Below, piece by piece: positions 9,546 through 19,943 of a stretch of DNA of 64,000 nucleotides. Both the position numbers and the translations under genes were made by a program. The first letter of the stretch is position 1, and each line of letters opens with the position of its first letter. The notes under the pieces are model-generated. The model was given only the letters and a program-made list of their open reading frames with translations. It was not told the DNA's origin and did not search any database. Where the stretch lies: contig CAWCIZ010000003.1 in assembly GCA_963795855.1 (NCBI GenBank), positions 448,001 through 512,000 of the forward strand, in the 5' to 3' direction. This DNA comes from Vulcanimicrobiota bacterium. GTDB lineage: Bacteria; Vulcanimicrobiota; Vulcanimicrobiia; Vulcanimicrobiales; Vulcanimicrobiaceae.

Positions 9546-9905
9546 ATGAGCGTCGTGAACGTCCGCGAATCGAAATCCTGGTTCTCGCTGCTGCAGACGG
9601 GCGAGACCTCGCAAACGGCCGTAATGGCAATCGGACCCGGCGAGCAAAGCGGCCCCAAGCAGAACGAGCACCCAGGCAGCGAGCAAGTCCTCTACGTCAT
9701 CGAAGGCGAGCTGTTCGCCGAGATCGGCGATCGTTCGTTCGTCATGCGTGCGGGCGACTCGACGATCGTCCGGCGGGACGTGCCGCACCGGTTTACCAAC
9801 CGCACGCACCAGCCGGCGCTCACGTTCAACGTGTACGCGCCGCCGGCTTATTCAGGGAACTCCAGCAGGCTTGTCGCTCGGGCGCCGGGAACGTCTGGCC
9901 CGTGA
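9546..9905 (+). CDS. Cupin domain protein
   Basis: NEHPGSEQVLYVIEGE...VPHRFTN cupin motifs. Confidence 0.85.
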   Translation: MSVVNVRESKSWFSLLQTGETSQTAVMAIGPGEQSGPKQNEHPGSEQVLYVIEGELFAEIGDRSFVMRAGDSTIVRRDVPHRFTNRTHQPALTFNVYAPPAYSGNSSRLVARAPGTSGP

Positions 9906-9955
9906 CCCGGCGGGGCCCGCAGTTATGGTCCGCTGAGGCCACAGTAGAGTTTTTT

Positions 9956-10079
9956 CCAGAGCGTCAGGGCTCGCTAGCGTACCCGCTCGAGCGCGGCCGC
10001 CGCAGGAAATCGCACGGATTGCGATTGGATGCGAGCGCCGCTACTCGCGGAGGAGTCACCGGCCGCACTTGGCGCCTGG
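9956..10079 (+). promoter_or_regulatory. Putative structured 5' leader of the RNase E/G gene
   Basis: Nested complementary segments: 9956-9966/10070-10079, 9993-9999/10060-10066, 10008-10014/10020-10026, 10031-10035/10044-10048. Confidence 0.45.
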
Positions 10080-10100
10080 GCTGCAAAGGCTAGGTACCTA

Positions 10101-12812
10101 TTGTCGACCGAGCTGTTGATCTCGAGCGACCCGTGGGAAAATCGGGTCGCCATACTTGAGGACAAGGTCCTCGCGGAAATTTACATCGAGCGCGAAGAGC
10201 GAGTCATCGGCTCGATCTACAAGGGAAAAGTCCAGAACGTTTTGCCCGGCATGGGCGCCAGTTTCGTGGACATCGGCCTTGGCCGTAACGCCTTTCTTTA
10301 CGTCGACGACATCAACAAGACGCCGCTGAACATAGGCGACGTCGAGATCACCCAGGGCCGCAGCGGCTGGACGATTAGCGAAAAGGTCAACCGGGGCGAC
10401 GACGTCCTCGTCCAGATCGTCAAGGAACCGCGCGGGCTCAAGGGCGCGCGCATCAGCACGAACATCTCGCTGCCGGGCCGCTATCTCATCCTGATGCCGA
10501 CCGGAAAATATAGCGGCGTTTCCCGCAAGATCGAGTCCGCGGACGAACGCAACCGGCTCAAAGCCGTCATGAAGCGCATTCGCCCGGAGGGCATGGCGAC
10601 CGTCGTACGCACCGCCGCGGCGGGCGTGAGCGAAGCGGAACTCATCGCCGATCTCGGCGTGCTCATCCGCATGTGGCACGGCATTTTGGAGTCGTACAAG
10701 CGCGCGCCTTCGCCGTCGCTGCTGCACAAAGACATGAACTTGGTTTACAAAGCCGCGCGCGATTTCATCACCGCGGACGTCGACCGCGTATTCATCGACA
10801 GCGAAGACGAGTACAAGAAAGTTTGCTCGTTCCTCCAGCTGCTCGGCCCGCAGTATCTCGATCGCGTCGAGTATTATAACTCGGGCCGCTCGCTTTTCAG
10901 AGATTACAAAATCGACGACGAGTGGCAGAAGCTCATGAAGTCGAAGGTAAATCTTCCCTCGGGCGGATCGATCGTCATCGAAACGACCGAAGCGCTTACC
11001 GTGATCGACGTCAACTCCGGTAAATTCACGGGCGGGAAGAATCTCGAAGACACGATCGTCAAGACCAACGTCGAAGCGGCAACCGAAATCGCGCGGCAAG
11101 TACGCCTGCGCGACATCGGCGGCATCATCGTCTGCGACTTCATCGACATGAACGCGGAAGCGTCGCGCAATAGAGTGGTTGCGACCCTTGAAGCGGGGCT
11201 GCGGCGCGACCGTACGCGCTCGACGATTCAGTCCTTCAGCAACTTGGGGCTGCTCGAGTTCACGCGCAAACGCGTCGGAAAAGATTTGAGTTCGCAACTG
11301 CGCGGAACGTGCCCGACGTGTTCGGGCCTCGGTACCGTTTTGTCGGCGCAATCTATGGCGATCGACGCACTACGGAAGATTCGCGCGCACCAGCATGCCG
11401 ACGGGCAAATGGTGCTCGTTGAATCGGCGCCGACGGTGGCGGCGCAGCTTGAGTTCTGGTACGAAGACGAATGCCGTCACCTCGCCGAGCAGATGCACGC
11501 GCCGATTCACGTGCGCGTCGATCCGATGCTCCATCCGGAGAAGGTTCGCGTGCGCGACGTCGGCCAGCGCAACCTCAACGGGGTGCTGCGCGTCGGCGAC
11601 GAGCACGAAGTCGAATTGCTGCCCGGGCGTTTGCCGAATGCAACGTCCGCGGCTACGGTAATCGACGGACGCATCGTCGAGGTCGAGAACGCCGCGAACA
11701 TGGCCGGTCAAACCGCGCGGATCAAACTGATCGACGTCGACACGGATTCCGCCCTGGCGGAGCTGGCTGCAGCTGCGCCCGGTGAACGGAAAAAACGGCG
11801 CCGCGGGCGTGGTGGAAAGCGCGACCTCACGCCCGCGGAGCAGGCGCAAGAGCTTCGCGAACTCGCCGAAGAGGCGGCGAAGTTCGGCACGTCGCGGCCG
11901 CCAATCGGCATTACAACGATTACCGAGGAAGAGGAGCGCGAAGACAAGGCCGTCGTCGCCGAAGAGAAAGCCGAACGCGCGCCTGAAGCGATCGTGATCG
12001 CCGAAGGCGAGGTCCGTGAGGGCGAAGGGCGGCATCGCAAGCGTCGCCGGCGCCGGCGCGGGCGCGGAGGTCTCGCGCAGGCCGCGCAAGCCGGTATTTC
12101 GGCCGAAAGCGCGCAAGCGCAGATCGAAACCGAGGACGAGGACGAGGCCGAGACCGAGACCGAGACCGAGGAAACGCGTCACGTCGGCCAGCCGGTCGAA
12201 GGCGAAGGCGGACGCCGCCGGCGGCGCCGCCGCCGCCGTCGACGCGGTCACGGCGCGCCTGTCGAGGGCGCGATTTCCGCGGCACCATCCGCCGTACCGG
12301 ATCGCCACATCTTCCGCGTCGGCGCCGACGGGAGTGCGGAGCCAACCGGTCAGACCGCTCCGCGTGAGCCCGGCCGCGCGATCGCGCCGTGGAATCGTAA
12401 GGCACAGCCTCCGGCGGTCGAGCCGCCGCCGCCGCACCTTCGCGCACCGGAAGAAAACGCCAAGCCGACCAAACCGGCGCGCCGGCGCCGGGCGGTGCCG
12501 GAATCGAGCCGGGCGGTAATGGGCGGCGAGCTCTCGTCGACGCGAACGGCCGCGCTGCCGGCGCCGCAGCCGGCCGAGAAACCGAAGCGCACCCGCAAAA
12601 AAACTGCGGATGAGCCGGCGCCCCAAGCCGTCAAACCGAAGCGCACGCGAAAGAAGACGGCGGATGCGGGAGCCGCCGCTCCGGTGAAACGCACGACGCG
12701 CGCGCGCAAAGCCGCGGACGAGAATTCCGCAGCCGAACCTGCCGTAAAAAAGACGCGGTCTACGCGAAAGGCGTCCGGCGCGAAGCCCGCGGCGCGGAAG
12801 AAAAAGGCGTAG
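10101..12812 (+). CDS. rne: Ribonuclease E/G family with long disordered C-terminus
   Basis: IYKGKVQNVLPGMGASFVDIG (S1 domain), TEALTVIDVNSG, RLRDIGGIIVCDFIDM, Zn-link CPTC; Arg-, Glu- and Lys-rich tail; TTG start inferred. Confidence 0.92.
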   Translation: MSTELLISSDPWENRVAILEDKVLAEIYIEREERVIGSIYKGKVQNVLPGMGASFVDIGLGRNAFLYVDDINKTPLNIGDVEITQGRSGWTISEKVNRGDDVLVQIVKEPRGLKGARISTNISLPGRYLILMPTGKYSGVSRKIESADERNRLKAVMKRIRPEGMATVVRTAAAGVSEAELIADLGVLIRMWHGILESYKRAPSPSLLHKDMNLVYKAARDFITADVDRVFIDSEDEYKKVCSFLQLLGPQYLDRVEYYNSGRSLFRDYKIDDEWQKLMKSKVNLPSGGSIVIETTEALTVIDVNSGKFTGGKNLEDTIVKTNVEAATEIARQVRLRDIGGIIVCDFIDMNAEASRNRVVATLEAGLRRDRTRSTIQSFSNLGLLEFTRKRVGKDLSSQLRGTCPTCSGLGTVLSAQSMAIDALRKIRAHQHADGQMVLVESAPTVAAQLEFWYEDECRHLAEQMHAPIHVRVDPMLHPEKVRVRDVGQRNLNGVLRVGDEHEVELLPGRLPNATSAATVIDGRIVEVENAANMAGQTARIKLIDVDTDSALAELAAAAPGERKKRRRGRGGKRDLTPAEQAQELRELAEEAAKFGTSRPPIGITTITEEEEREDKAVVAEEKAERAPEAIVIAEGEVREGEGRHRKRRRRRRGRGGLAQAAQAGISAESAQAQIETEDEDEAETETETEETRHVGQPVEGEGGRRRRRRRRRRRGHGAPVEGAISAAPSAVPDRHIFRVGADGSAEPTGQTAPREPGRAIAPWNRKAQPPAVEPPPPHLRAPEENAKPTKPARRRRAVPESSRAVMGGELSSTRTAALPAPQPAEKPKRTRKKTADEPAPQAVKPKRTRKKTADAGAAAPVKRTTRARKAADENSAAEPAVKKTRSTRKASGAKPAARKKKA

Positions 12813-14809
12813 CGGGTGCGGGCCGGCCCGCGAAATACGCAGCATACCGTTGCTGCGTAGCTGCCAAATCGTCGCGACCGCGCAACTTTGCTCGAGCGAA
12901 TTGCGCGATCGGTTCCGGTATGCAAAAATGCGCACGATCTTCCGACTGCAAGACGCGAACGAAGCCGTAGTCCACCAGTTTCTCGAGAGCCGCCGCGGCC
13001 TCGCCCGGACGCAGCGGCGGGAATCCGCAGACGTCGCGCGCGGCGTCGGCGTCGAACGCGCGCTCGAACACGCTCAAGCGATCGAGCAGCCTTTGAGCGC
13101 GGTCGTCCAGCATGCCATACGTCCATTCGATGACCTCGCCAAGATCCAAACGCGCATGCGGCATCGAAGCGGCGAGCTCGGATACCGAGCGCGTTTTCAC
13201 GAGCGGCGCGACCAGATCGATCGCGAGCGGCAGATCTCCCAAGCGCGCGCACACGTCAAGGATTGCCGCGCGCTCGGCTGAGTCGAAAATGATTCCCGGT
13301 ACGGCTGCGGCCGCCCGCGCAGCGAAGAACGCTCTGGCGTTTTCGCGCGTGAAGGGCGCGAGGTGAAATACGCGTTCGTGGGGCGAGTCGATCGGCGCTC
13401 CGCTCGTGGCCAATATCGTCATGCGCGGCGCTTCGGCAAGCAGCGCGTCGCAAACCGGGGCAAGAGCACTGCCGAGGCGATCGCATTCGTCGAGGACGAC
13501 CAGACAATGCTTCGACGCGGCGTCCTGCAGCGTCGCGTGCACGAAGCGCGCCAGTTCGTGAGCGCTTCGTGCGGCCGTCACGTCGAAAAACCACGCGCCG
13601 TGAACGTACGCGTTCGTCAGGCGATGTGCAACAGCCAGCGCGCAATGCGTTTTACCGACGCCGGCGGGTCCGGTTAGGGTCGTCAGGCGGGAAAGAGCAA
13701 GGCTGCGCGCCAGCGCGTCCAGCTCGATCGCGCGACCGATCGTTGGTCCGGGCTGCGCCGGAAGATTTCCGTCGAAATGCGGCGATTCGTCTTCCGGGCG
13801 CGGCGTTTCGGCGATTGCGCGGTTTCCACCGGCCGATTTCGCCGCGTAGAGCGCGCGATCGACGCATCGTAGAAATGCGCGCCCTTCACCGGAGGCGGCG
13901 TTCGTATGCGCGAATCCGACGCTCGCGGTGACGATTGTATCCGGGCTTTCCGCATGGGGGATCTGGAGAGCCGCCACCGCGCGCCGCATCTGCTCCGCGA
14001 TCAGCGACGCCGTTTCGAACGAGACGCCGCCAAGAATTGCGGCGAATTCGTCGGCGCCGTAACGGCCGAAAAAATCCGTTTTGCGCGACGCGCAGATTTG
14101 CGCGGCTTGTGCCGTTTGCGCCAAGCACGAGTCGCCGGCGTCGTGACCGTACGTTGCGTTGAATTGTTTGAAGCGATCGAGATCGAGAACGATGACCGCG
14201 AGCGAACTGCCTGCATCGCGCGCGCTTTTCCATTCCGCATGGAATCGCTCTTCGAACACGGCGCGCGTCGGCGTACGGGTCACCGCGTCGACGGTCGCCA
14301 CGCCTTCCGCCCGTTCCTGAACGCCGGCCGCCAGGTAGAGGGCGCAGGTTTCCAGCAGATGGAGATCCTGCGCATCGTATGCGTGCGGCTTGTAGCTTTG
14401 AACCGACAGCACGCCGATGAATCGCGGCCCGAAGCGCAACGGCACGAAGATCGCGCTCGCAGTATCTTCTTTCGAAGCACCCGGAATTTGCAGCGGCACT
14501 TGATGCACGGGCAAATCTTCCGGCCCGGGCATCAGCAGCGCCTGGCGCGTCTGCATGACGCGATACGTTTGGGATTCGGGGAGAATCGGGACGTGCGTGT
14601 CGCGGACCATCATGCCGTGATCGTACGCGAACTCGATGTGGCCGCCGTCGTGGGACTCGAGCGCGACGAAGACGACCGAAGCGTCCACGAACTGTGCGAG
14701 CAACAGGCAGAAGCGTTCGAATAGGTCGGAAAGCGGCGCTCCGATCGAAAGCAGCTCGGCCGTCTGCCTAACCAGACTCGGTATCGCGACGGCCGCGCGT
14801 GCGTTCCAT
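12760..14809 (-). CDS. GAF-GGDEF-STAND/AfsR-like NTPase-winged-helix fusion protein (apparent frameshift just after the ATG at ~14809)
   Basis: GAF (SAIFVPLRFG..IGVLSVQS); GGDEF (DLDRFKQFNATYGHDAGD, GRYGADEF, DRALYAAKSAGGNR); Walker A GPAGVGKT; Walker B LVVLDECD; LGDLPLAIDL. Confidence 0.8.
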
Positions 14810-14868
14810 AGGCGGGGTATTCGGAGCGGGCCGCGCTCCGAACTTCCGCCTCCTTTAGCCTATCCGGC

Positions 14869-16246
14869 CTACTGCACGCCGCTGGGCGAGGGCGTCCCGT
14901 CGCTGTGCGCGATTTTATCGTTCAGGTACTGCACCGCGCGAACCAGCTGCGCGTCGTGCGTGGGGTCCCCGAATCGCGCGCCTTTGTTCTCGTCGACGGT
15001 GATATCCGGCGCGATGCCCAGGTGGTTGATGTCTCTGTTGTGCGGAGTCAGGTAGCGCGCATCCGTGATCTTGATGGCGCTGCCGTCGGGGAGCGGCAGA
15101 ATCTCCTGGACGACGCCTTTGCCGAACGTACGCGTCCCGATAATCGTGCCGACGCCGCTGTCCTGAATCGCGCCGGACGTGATCTCCGATGCGGACGCCG
15201 TGTGGCCGTTCACCAAAACCGCTAGCGGCAGCGGCGGAATCGCGGTGTTTTCCGCTTCATACGTCGTGACGTCGGAGGCGCGCGATTCCACCGAAACGAT
15301 CGGACCGGAGGCGATGAACTTGGAGCTCACGTCGAGCGCCGCTTCCAAATACCCGCCGCCGTTGTCACGCAAATCCATCACGATTGCGCGCGCACCTTCC
15401 TGCTGCAAACGATCGAGAGCGCGCGTGAGCTCGGAGCCCGTGTCGCGTCCGAATACGGTCAGCGCGACGTAACCGATTTTTCCGGGGAGCATCTTGTCGT
15501 AAACGGAAAGCTGATGTATCTCCGCGCGCACGATCGCGATGGGCTGCGCGAGCTGTTTACCCGTCGCGTTCGATGGTCAATTGCACTTGCGTGCCCGCTT
15601 TACCGCGTAAACGCGACGAGGCTTGTTCCAGCGTGAGTCCCTTGGTCGAAGCGCCGTCGATTGCGGTGATGACGTCGTCCTGCTGAATTCCCGCCTTGTC
15701 GGCCGGGCCGTCGGGCACGACGTTGCTCACGTCGATGTACTTCGTCTGCGCGTCCTGCTGAATCACGATTCCCGTTCCCGCGAACGAGCCGCCGTCCAGC
15801 CCTTGATTGAGCGCGGCGTATTCTTTCGGGTTCAGGAAGACGGTGTACTTGTCGTGCACCGAATCGAGCATTCCGGAAATCGCGGCATACGCGAGCAGGT
15901 GCGCGCTGACTTTTCCGTGAGCGAGACGCGTCGCGACGTCGACTTCATGTCCAACGGCATGCGCCGTGCGCGAAACGTTGTCGCTCGCAAAAATCGGCGG
16001 CAGAGAACCCTTCACGCCCGCCGTCATCAATTCGTGCGCCATCTCGGTGCGAGCGCCGTCGACGATGCTTTGCGCGTCGGTCTTCTGATAGAAATCTGAG
16101 CGCAGTTTGTCGTAGCTGAATTGAATCTCGGTGGCGTCGAGCGGCGAGAGTCCCGAAACAGCGGCCGCGGCAGAACCCGCGGTGGGAAGTTGAGCGGCTG
16201 CCAGCAGCAGAGCGGCGGCAGCGGCAAGGGCGGTGAGACGCTTCAT
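14869..16246 (-). CDS. ctpA: S41 carboxyl-terminal processing protease (PDZ), copy B; frameshift near 15560 joins ORFs 15557-16246 and 14869-15531
   Basis: Signal peptide, DKYTVFL, PDZ GPADKAGI, DLRDNGGG, TASASEI, TFGKG, ARYLTP. Confidence 0.88.
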
Positions 16247-16253
16247 AAACCTA

Positions 16254-17696
16254 CTAACGTGTGAGACGCTTCAAGTATGCCTTGGCGGCGGCGAGTTGCT
16301 TGTCTTTGGCTGTATCGATGTCGGAAATATCCGGGCCTTGCGGAACGACGATATCGGGCTGAATGCCTTTGTGCTGGATGTCGCGGCCGCTCGGCGTGAC
16401 GTAGCGCTCGGTAGTGATTTTCAGCGCTCCGCCGTTCGGCATCGAGAAGATACCCTGCACCACGCCCTTGCCGAACGTCTTCGTGCCGATGAGCGTGGCG
16501 AGTTTGTAGTCCTGCAGGGCGCCCGAGGTGATTTCCGATGCGCTTGCGGTGTAGCCGTTCACCAGCACGACCGCCGGCGTGGCGCCTTGCACGACGTTGC
16601 CCGTTGCGTATTGCGAATCGCGGTTTCCGTAGCGATCGATCTCCGTGACGATAACGCCCTTGGGAACGAAAAGGCTGGAGATGTCGACCGCAGCATTGAG
16701 CAGTCCGCCGCCGTTGTCGCGAAGATCGAGAATGGTGCCTTTCGAGCCGTGCGCCTTGCCGTCGAGCAGTGCTTTGCGCACTTCGGCCGCCGACGTTTCG
16801 CCGAAGTCGGAAAGGCGAATGTATTCGTACCCGTCTTCCATCTTTGCGTGGACCGTCGGCACGTGGATGATCTCGCGCGTTATGCGATATTGATGCGGTG
16901 CCTTGCGCTTGTACGGGTGCGTCGTGATCGTCACGACCGTCCCTTCAGGGCCGCGAATCATGCGCTCGACGCGGTCGAGCGTCATGCCGTGGATGGGCTG
17001 CCCGTCGATGTATTGCACGACTTCATTCCCGCGCATGCCCGCGCGAGCCGCCGGCAACCCTTCGATGGGCTGAACGATCACTTGTCCGGATTTGAGCTGA
17101 TAGATGAATACGCCGATTCCGCCGAAGTCGCCGCCGTTGAGCTGTTCGTTCAATGCGTTGATTTGTTCGGGCGAAAGATACACGGTGTACGGGTCGTGCA
17201 GCGAGCCCAGCATACCGGCGAGCGCGGCTTGCGTGAGCTGATCGCGGCCGCTCTTTCCGAGGTACTTCGCATAGTGATCCTGAGCATAGGCGAGCTGCCC
17301 GTCGAGCACGTGCAGATCGGCGGCCGCATCTTGCGAACTTTGCGCCGCGGGCAGCGCTGCCTGAACCGAAACGTGCTTCGCCTTGAGCGCGGCGCGTAAG
17401 TAGCTTTGCAGACCGGCGTGCTCGCCTTGCACGAGCGACTGCGCGTCCACCGGTTTATAGTAGACGTGCTCCACTTGGCGGTAAGCAAGCCCGAGCAATT
17501 GCTGGTCGACCACATGCGGGCCGAGCACCGCGCCCACGTCGATCGACGCGACTTTCCCGGTTTCGTCCGCTTGATCGGCGGCGGCAACTGCAGCCGAACT
17601 GTCGGCGGCGTGCTGCGCGCGAATGTAAAACGCTCCCGCGAAGGCGATGGCTATCAAAAGTACTGCTGCGAAAAACCAGCGGAGTGCGGTAGACAC
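16254..17696 (-). CDS. ctpA: S41 carboxyl-terminal processing protease (PDZ), copy A
   Basis: N-terminal TM, DPYTVYL, GGIG, DLRDNGGG, TASASEI, TFGKG, ERYVTPSG. Confidence 0.9.
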   Translation of the reverse strand: MSTALRWFFAAVLLIAIAFAGAFYIRAQHAADSSAAVAAADQADETGKVASIDVGAVLGPHVVDQQLLGLAYRQVEHVYYKPVDAQSLVQGEHAGLQSYLRAALKAKHVSVQAALPAAQSSQDAAADLHVLDGQLAYAQDHYAKYLGKSGRDQLTQAALAGMLGSLHDPYTVYLSPEQINALNEQLNGGDFGGIGVFIYQLKSGQVIVQPIEGLPAARAGMRGNEVVQYIDGQPIHGMTLDRVERMIRGPEGTVVTITTHPYKRKAPHQYRITREIIHVPTVHAKMEDGYEYIRLSDFGETSAAEVRKALLDGKAHGSKGTILDLRDNGGGLLNAAVDISSLFVPKGVIVTEIDRYGNRDSQYATGNVVQGATPAVVLVNGYTASASEITSGALQDYKLATLIGTKTFGKGVVQGIFSMPNGGALKITTERYVTPSGRDIQHKGIQPDIVVPQGPDISDIDTAKDKQLAAAKAYLKRLTR

Positions 17697-17805
17697 CTTG
17701 AGCGAGCGATCCTTCTACATAAAGCGGGCGGCGAGTACGTACCCGCTTAGTACCCAGATTGCGCACCTCCGGTTTCGGCCGCGGCCGCCGGAGGAACCCC
17801 TGCCG

Positions 17806-18996
17806 CTAGTGCAGGTATGCGGCGGGATCGACGGGTTTGCCGTGGATGCGCACCTCGAAGTGTAGATGCGGACCCGTAGAGGCGCCTGTGGAACCGACCG
17901 CGCCGATTGCTTGGCCCCTCTGCACCTGCTGGCCGCTCGACACGAAGATCTGCGAGAGATGGCCGTATCCGGTCGCCATCCCGCCGCCATGGTCGATGAG
18001 GATGTAGTTTCCGTAGCCTCCGTACCAGCCGGCGGAAATAATCGTGCCGGATGAGGCTGCGGTGACCGTCGTGCCCATCGGCGCAGCAATGTCGAGGCCT
18101 TGATGGAACTCCATGCCGCCTCCGAAGGGATTGCGGCGATACCCAAACGGAGAGGTAATGGTGCCCGAGACCGGCCAGGCCAGCGCCCCGGGGGCGCTGG
18201 TGGTGCCGACGATGCCGGCGGCGCGCCGCCGCGCTTCCTCTTCGGCTTCGATCTCGCGCTGCCGCTCGACGATCAACGCCTCGAGCTGCGCTTCTTCACT
18301 GGCCGAGAGATCTTCGATCTCGGCAACTTCGCCCGCGACGTGCCGGCGCTGCGCGTCCGCGACGGCGACGAGATTCGCGCGTTCTTCCGCGAGCGTGTCC
18401 AGCTGATTTTTCGCGCGCTGCTGCGCCGCTTCTTGGCTTTGCAGCGTCGCCTGCGTGGACTGCAGATCGTCCTGCGCGGACGCGACCTTCGCTTCCGCGG
18501 TCTTGCGCGCGCGCACGGCGCGTTCGTTGGCCGCGATCAGCAGGCGCAGGTCTTCCCAACGTTCGACGAAATCCGTGAACGATTTTGACGCCAGCAGGAC
18601 GCTGAAATAGCCCATGTCTCCGTGTTCGTACACGTCGACGAGCCGGCGTTTGAGGAGATCGTCGTGGAGTTTGAGCGTCGTCTGCGCCGCCGTGAGCTGA
18701 ATGGTGTTCCACCAAAGCTTGCGCTGCGTGCTGCTTTCTTGCGTTGCGAGATCGTCGAGCCTCGCGCTCACGCCGGATATTGCCGCGTTCGTTTCATCCA
18801 GCTGCGCCTGCAAACCGGTAACGCGTACCGTGGCCGCGTGCAATTCGCCGCGCTTTTGGTGCAGCTGCTCGTGCAATTGCGCGGTTTTCCGGCGCTGTGC
18901 TTCGATGCGCGCGTTCAGGCTGGAAGGCATCGCCGTTGCGGGAAAGACCGTCGTCAGAAGCAGCGCCGCGAGGGCGCACCGAAAGCTCGCGTTCAT
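17806..18996 (-). CDS. envC: Coiled-coil M23 peptidase, EnvC/CwlO-like FtsEX partner
   Basis: Signal peptide, long coiled coil, [30 protein letters not shown] (Zn ligands intact). Confidence 0.85.
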   Translation of the reverse strand: MNASFRCALAALLLTTVFPATAMPSSLNARIEAQRRKTAQLHEQLHQKRGELHAATVRVTGLQAQLDETNAAISGVSARLDDLATQESSTQRKLWWNTIQLTAAQTTLKLHDDLLKRRLVDVYEHGDMGYFSVLLASKSFTDFVERWEDLRLLIAANERAVRARKTAEAKVASAQDDLQSTQATLQSQEAAQQRAKNQLDTLAEERANLVAVADAQRRHVAGEVAEIEDLSASEEAQLEALIVERQREIEAEEEARRRAAGIVGTTSAPGALAWPVSGTITSPFGYRRNPFGGGMEFHQGLDIAAPMGTTVTAASSGTIISAGWYGGYGNYILIDHGGGMATGYGHLSQIFVSSGQQVQRGQAIGAVGSTGASTGPHLHFEVRIHGKPVDPAAYLH

Positions 18997-19943
18997 TTTC
19001 TGCGTTTGTCCTTTACGTAAACGGAACCGCCGATCGACTTGGCGTAACGCTTGAGTTCGGCGGCGGATTCGCCGATCTGCGCGTAATTTTCGAGTTTGCG
19101 CTGGTCGTTCGAGACGATTGCGACCGAAAGCGACATGATCGGATACCGGTTGAGCGTGCCGCGCCGGTCTCGAGTTTCGATGAACCCTTGACGCAAGTCT
19201 TGCACCTTGTACAGCTTTCGGATGTCCCGATCGAACGTGTCGATGATCTCGCGCGCGATCTCTTCCGCGCGTTCGGGCAGCGTCACGATGATGAAATCGT
19301 CGCCGCCGATGTGGCCGACGAAGTCTTGCGTGGTCCCGCGCCGGCGGACGGCGTCGACTCCGCTGGAGGCGACGAGTTGAATGGCTTCGTCGCCGTGCGT
19401 GAAGCCGTACACGTCATTGAACGCTTTGAAATTATCCAGATCGAGATAGAGGACCGCGAAAGGCTCCTGGTCGTCGATGCGGCGCCGCAACTCCGCTTCG
19501 ATCGCGAGATTGCCCGGCAAACGAGTGAGCGGCGAAAGCGAAGAGTCCACTTCGACGCGGCGGATCTTCGTCCTGACCCGCGCGAGCAGCTCTTGCGGAC
19601 CGAAGGGCTTGGTGATGTAGTCGTCCGCCCCCGCGTCGAAGCCGGCAAGTTTGTCTTCGACTTCGGATTTTGCCGTCAGCATGATGATAGGAACGTGCGT
19701 GTTCGACGGATGGCGGCGAACCCGGCGCGCCACTTCGTAGCCGTCCATCGACCGGCATCATGACGTCGAGCACGATGAGATCGGGCTGCATCGAATCCAA
19801 GAATCCGCAGCGCTTCGTCGCCGTTCGCCGCGGTCGTGACGTCGTAACCTGCGAGGCTCGAGATTGGTTTGGATGATCTTGCGCAGATTGCGATCGTCGT
19901 CTACGACCAGAATGCGTTTGCTGGCCTCGTCGAAGGGGTTCAC
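18993..19943 (-). CDS. Response regulator receiver-GGDEF diguanylate cyclase (frameshifts near 19750-19860)
   Basis: ILVVDDD...[16 protein letters not shown]...IIMLTAK...DDYITKPF, then [31 protein letters not shown] start overlaps the kinase stop. Confidence 0.88.

Noticed and set aside
12128..12172. GACCGA/GACGAG hexamer microsatellite as a phase-variation tract
   Set aside because: In-frame 6-nt units encoding the acidic EDEDEAETETETE block of the RNase E tail; length changes would not shift the frame.
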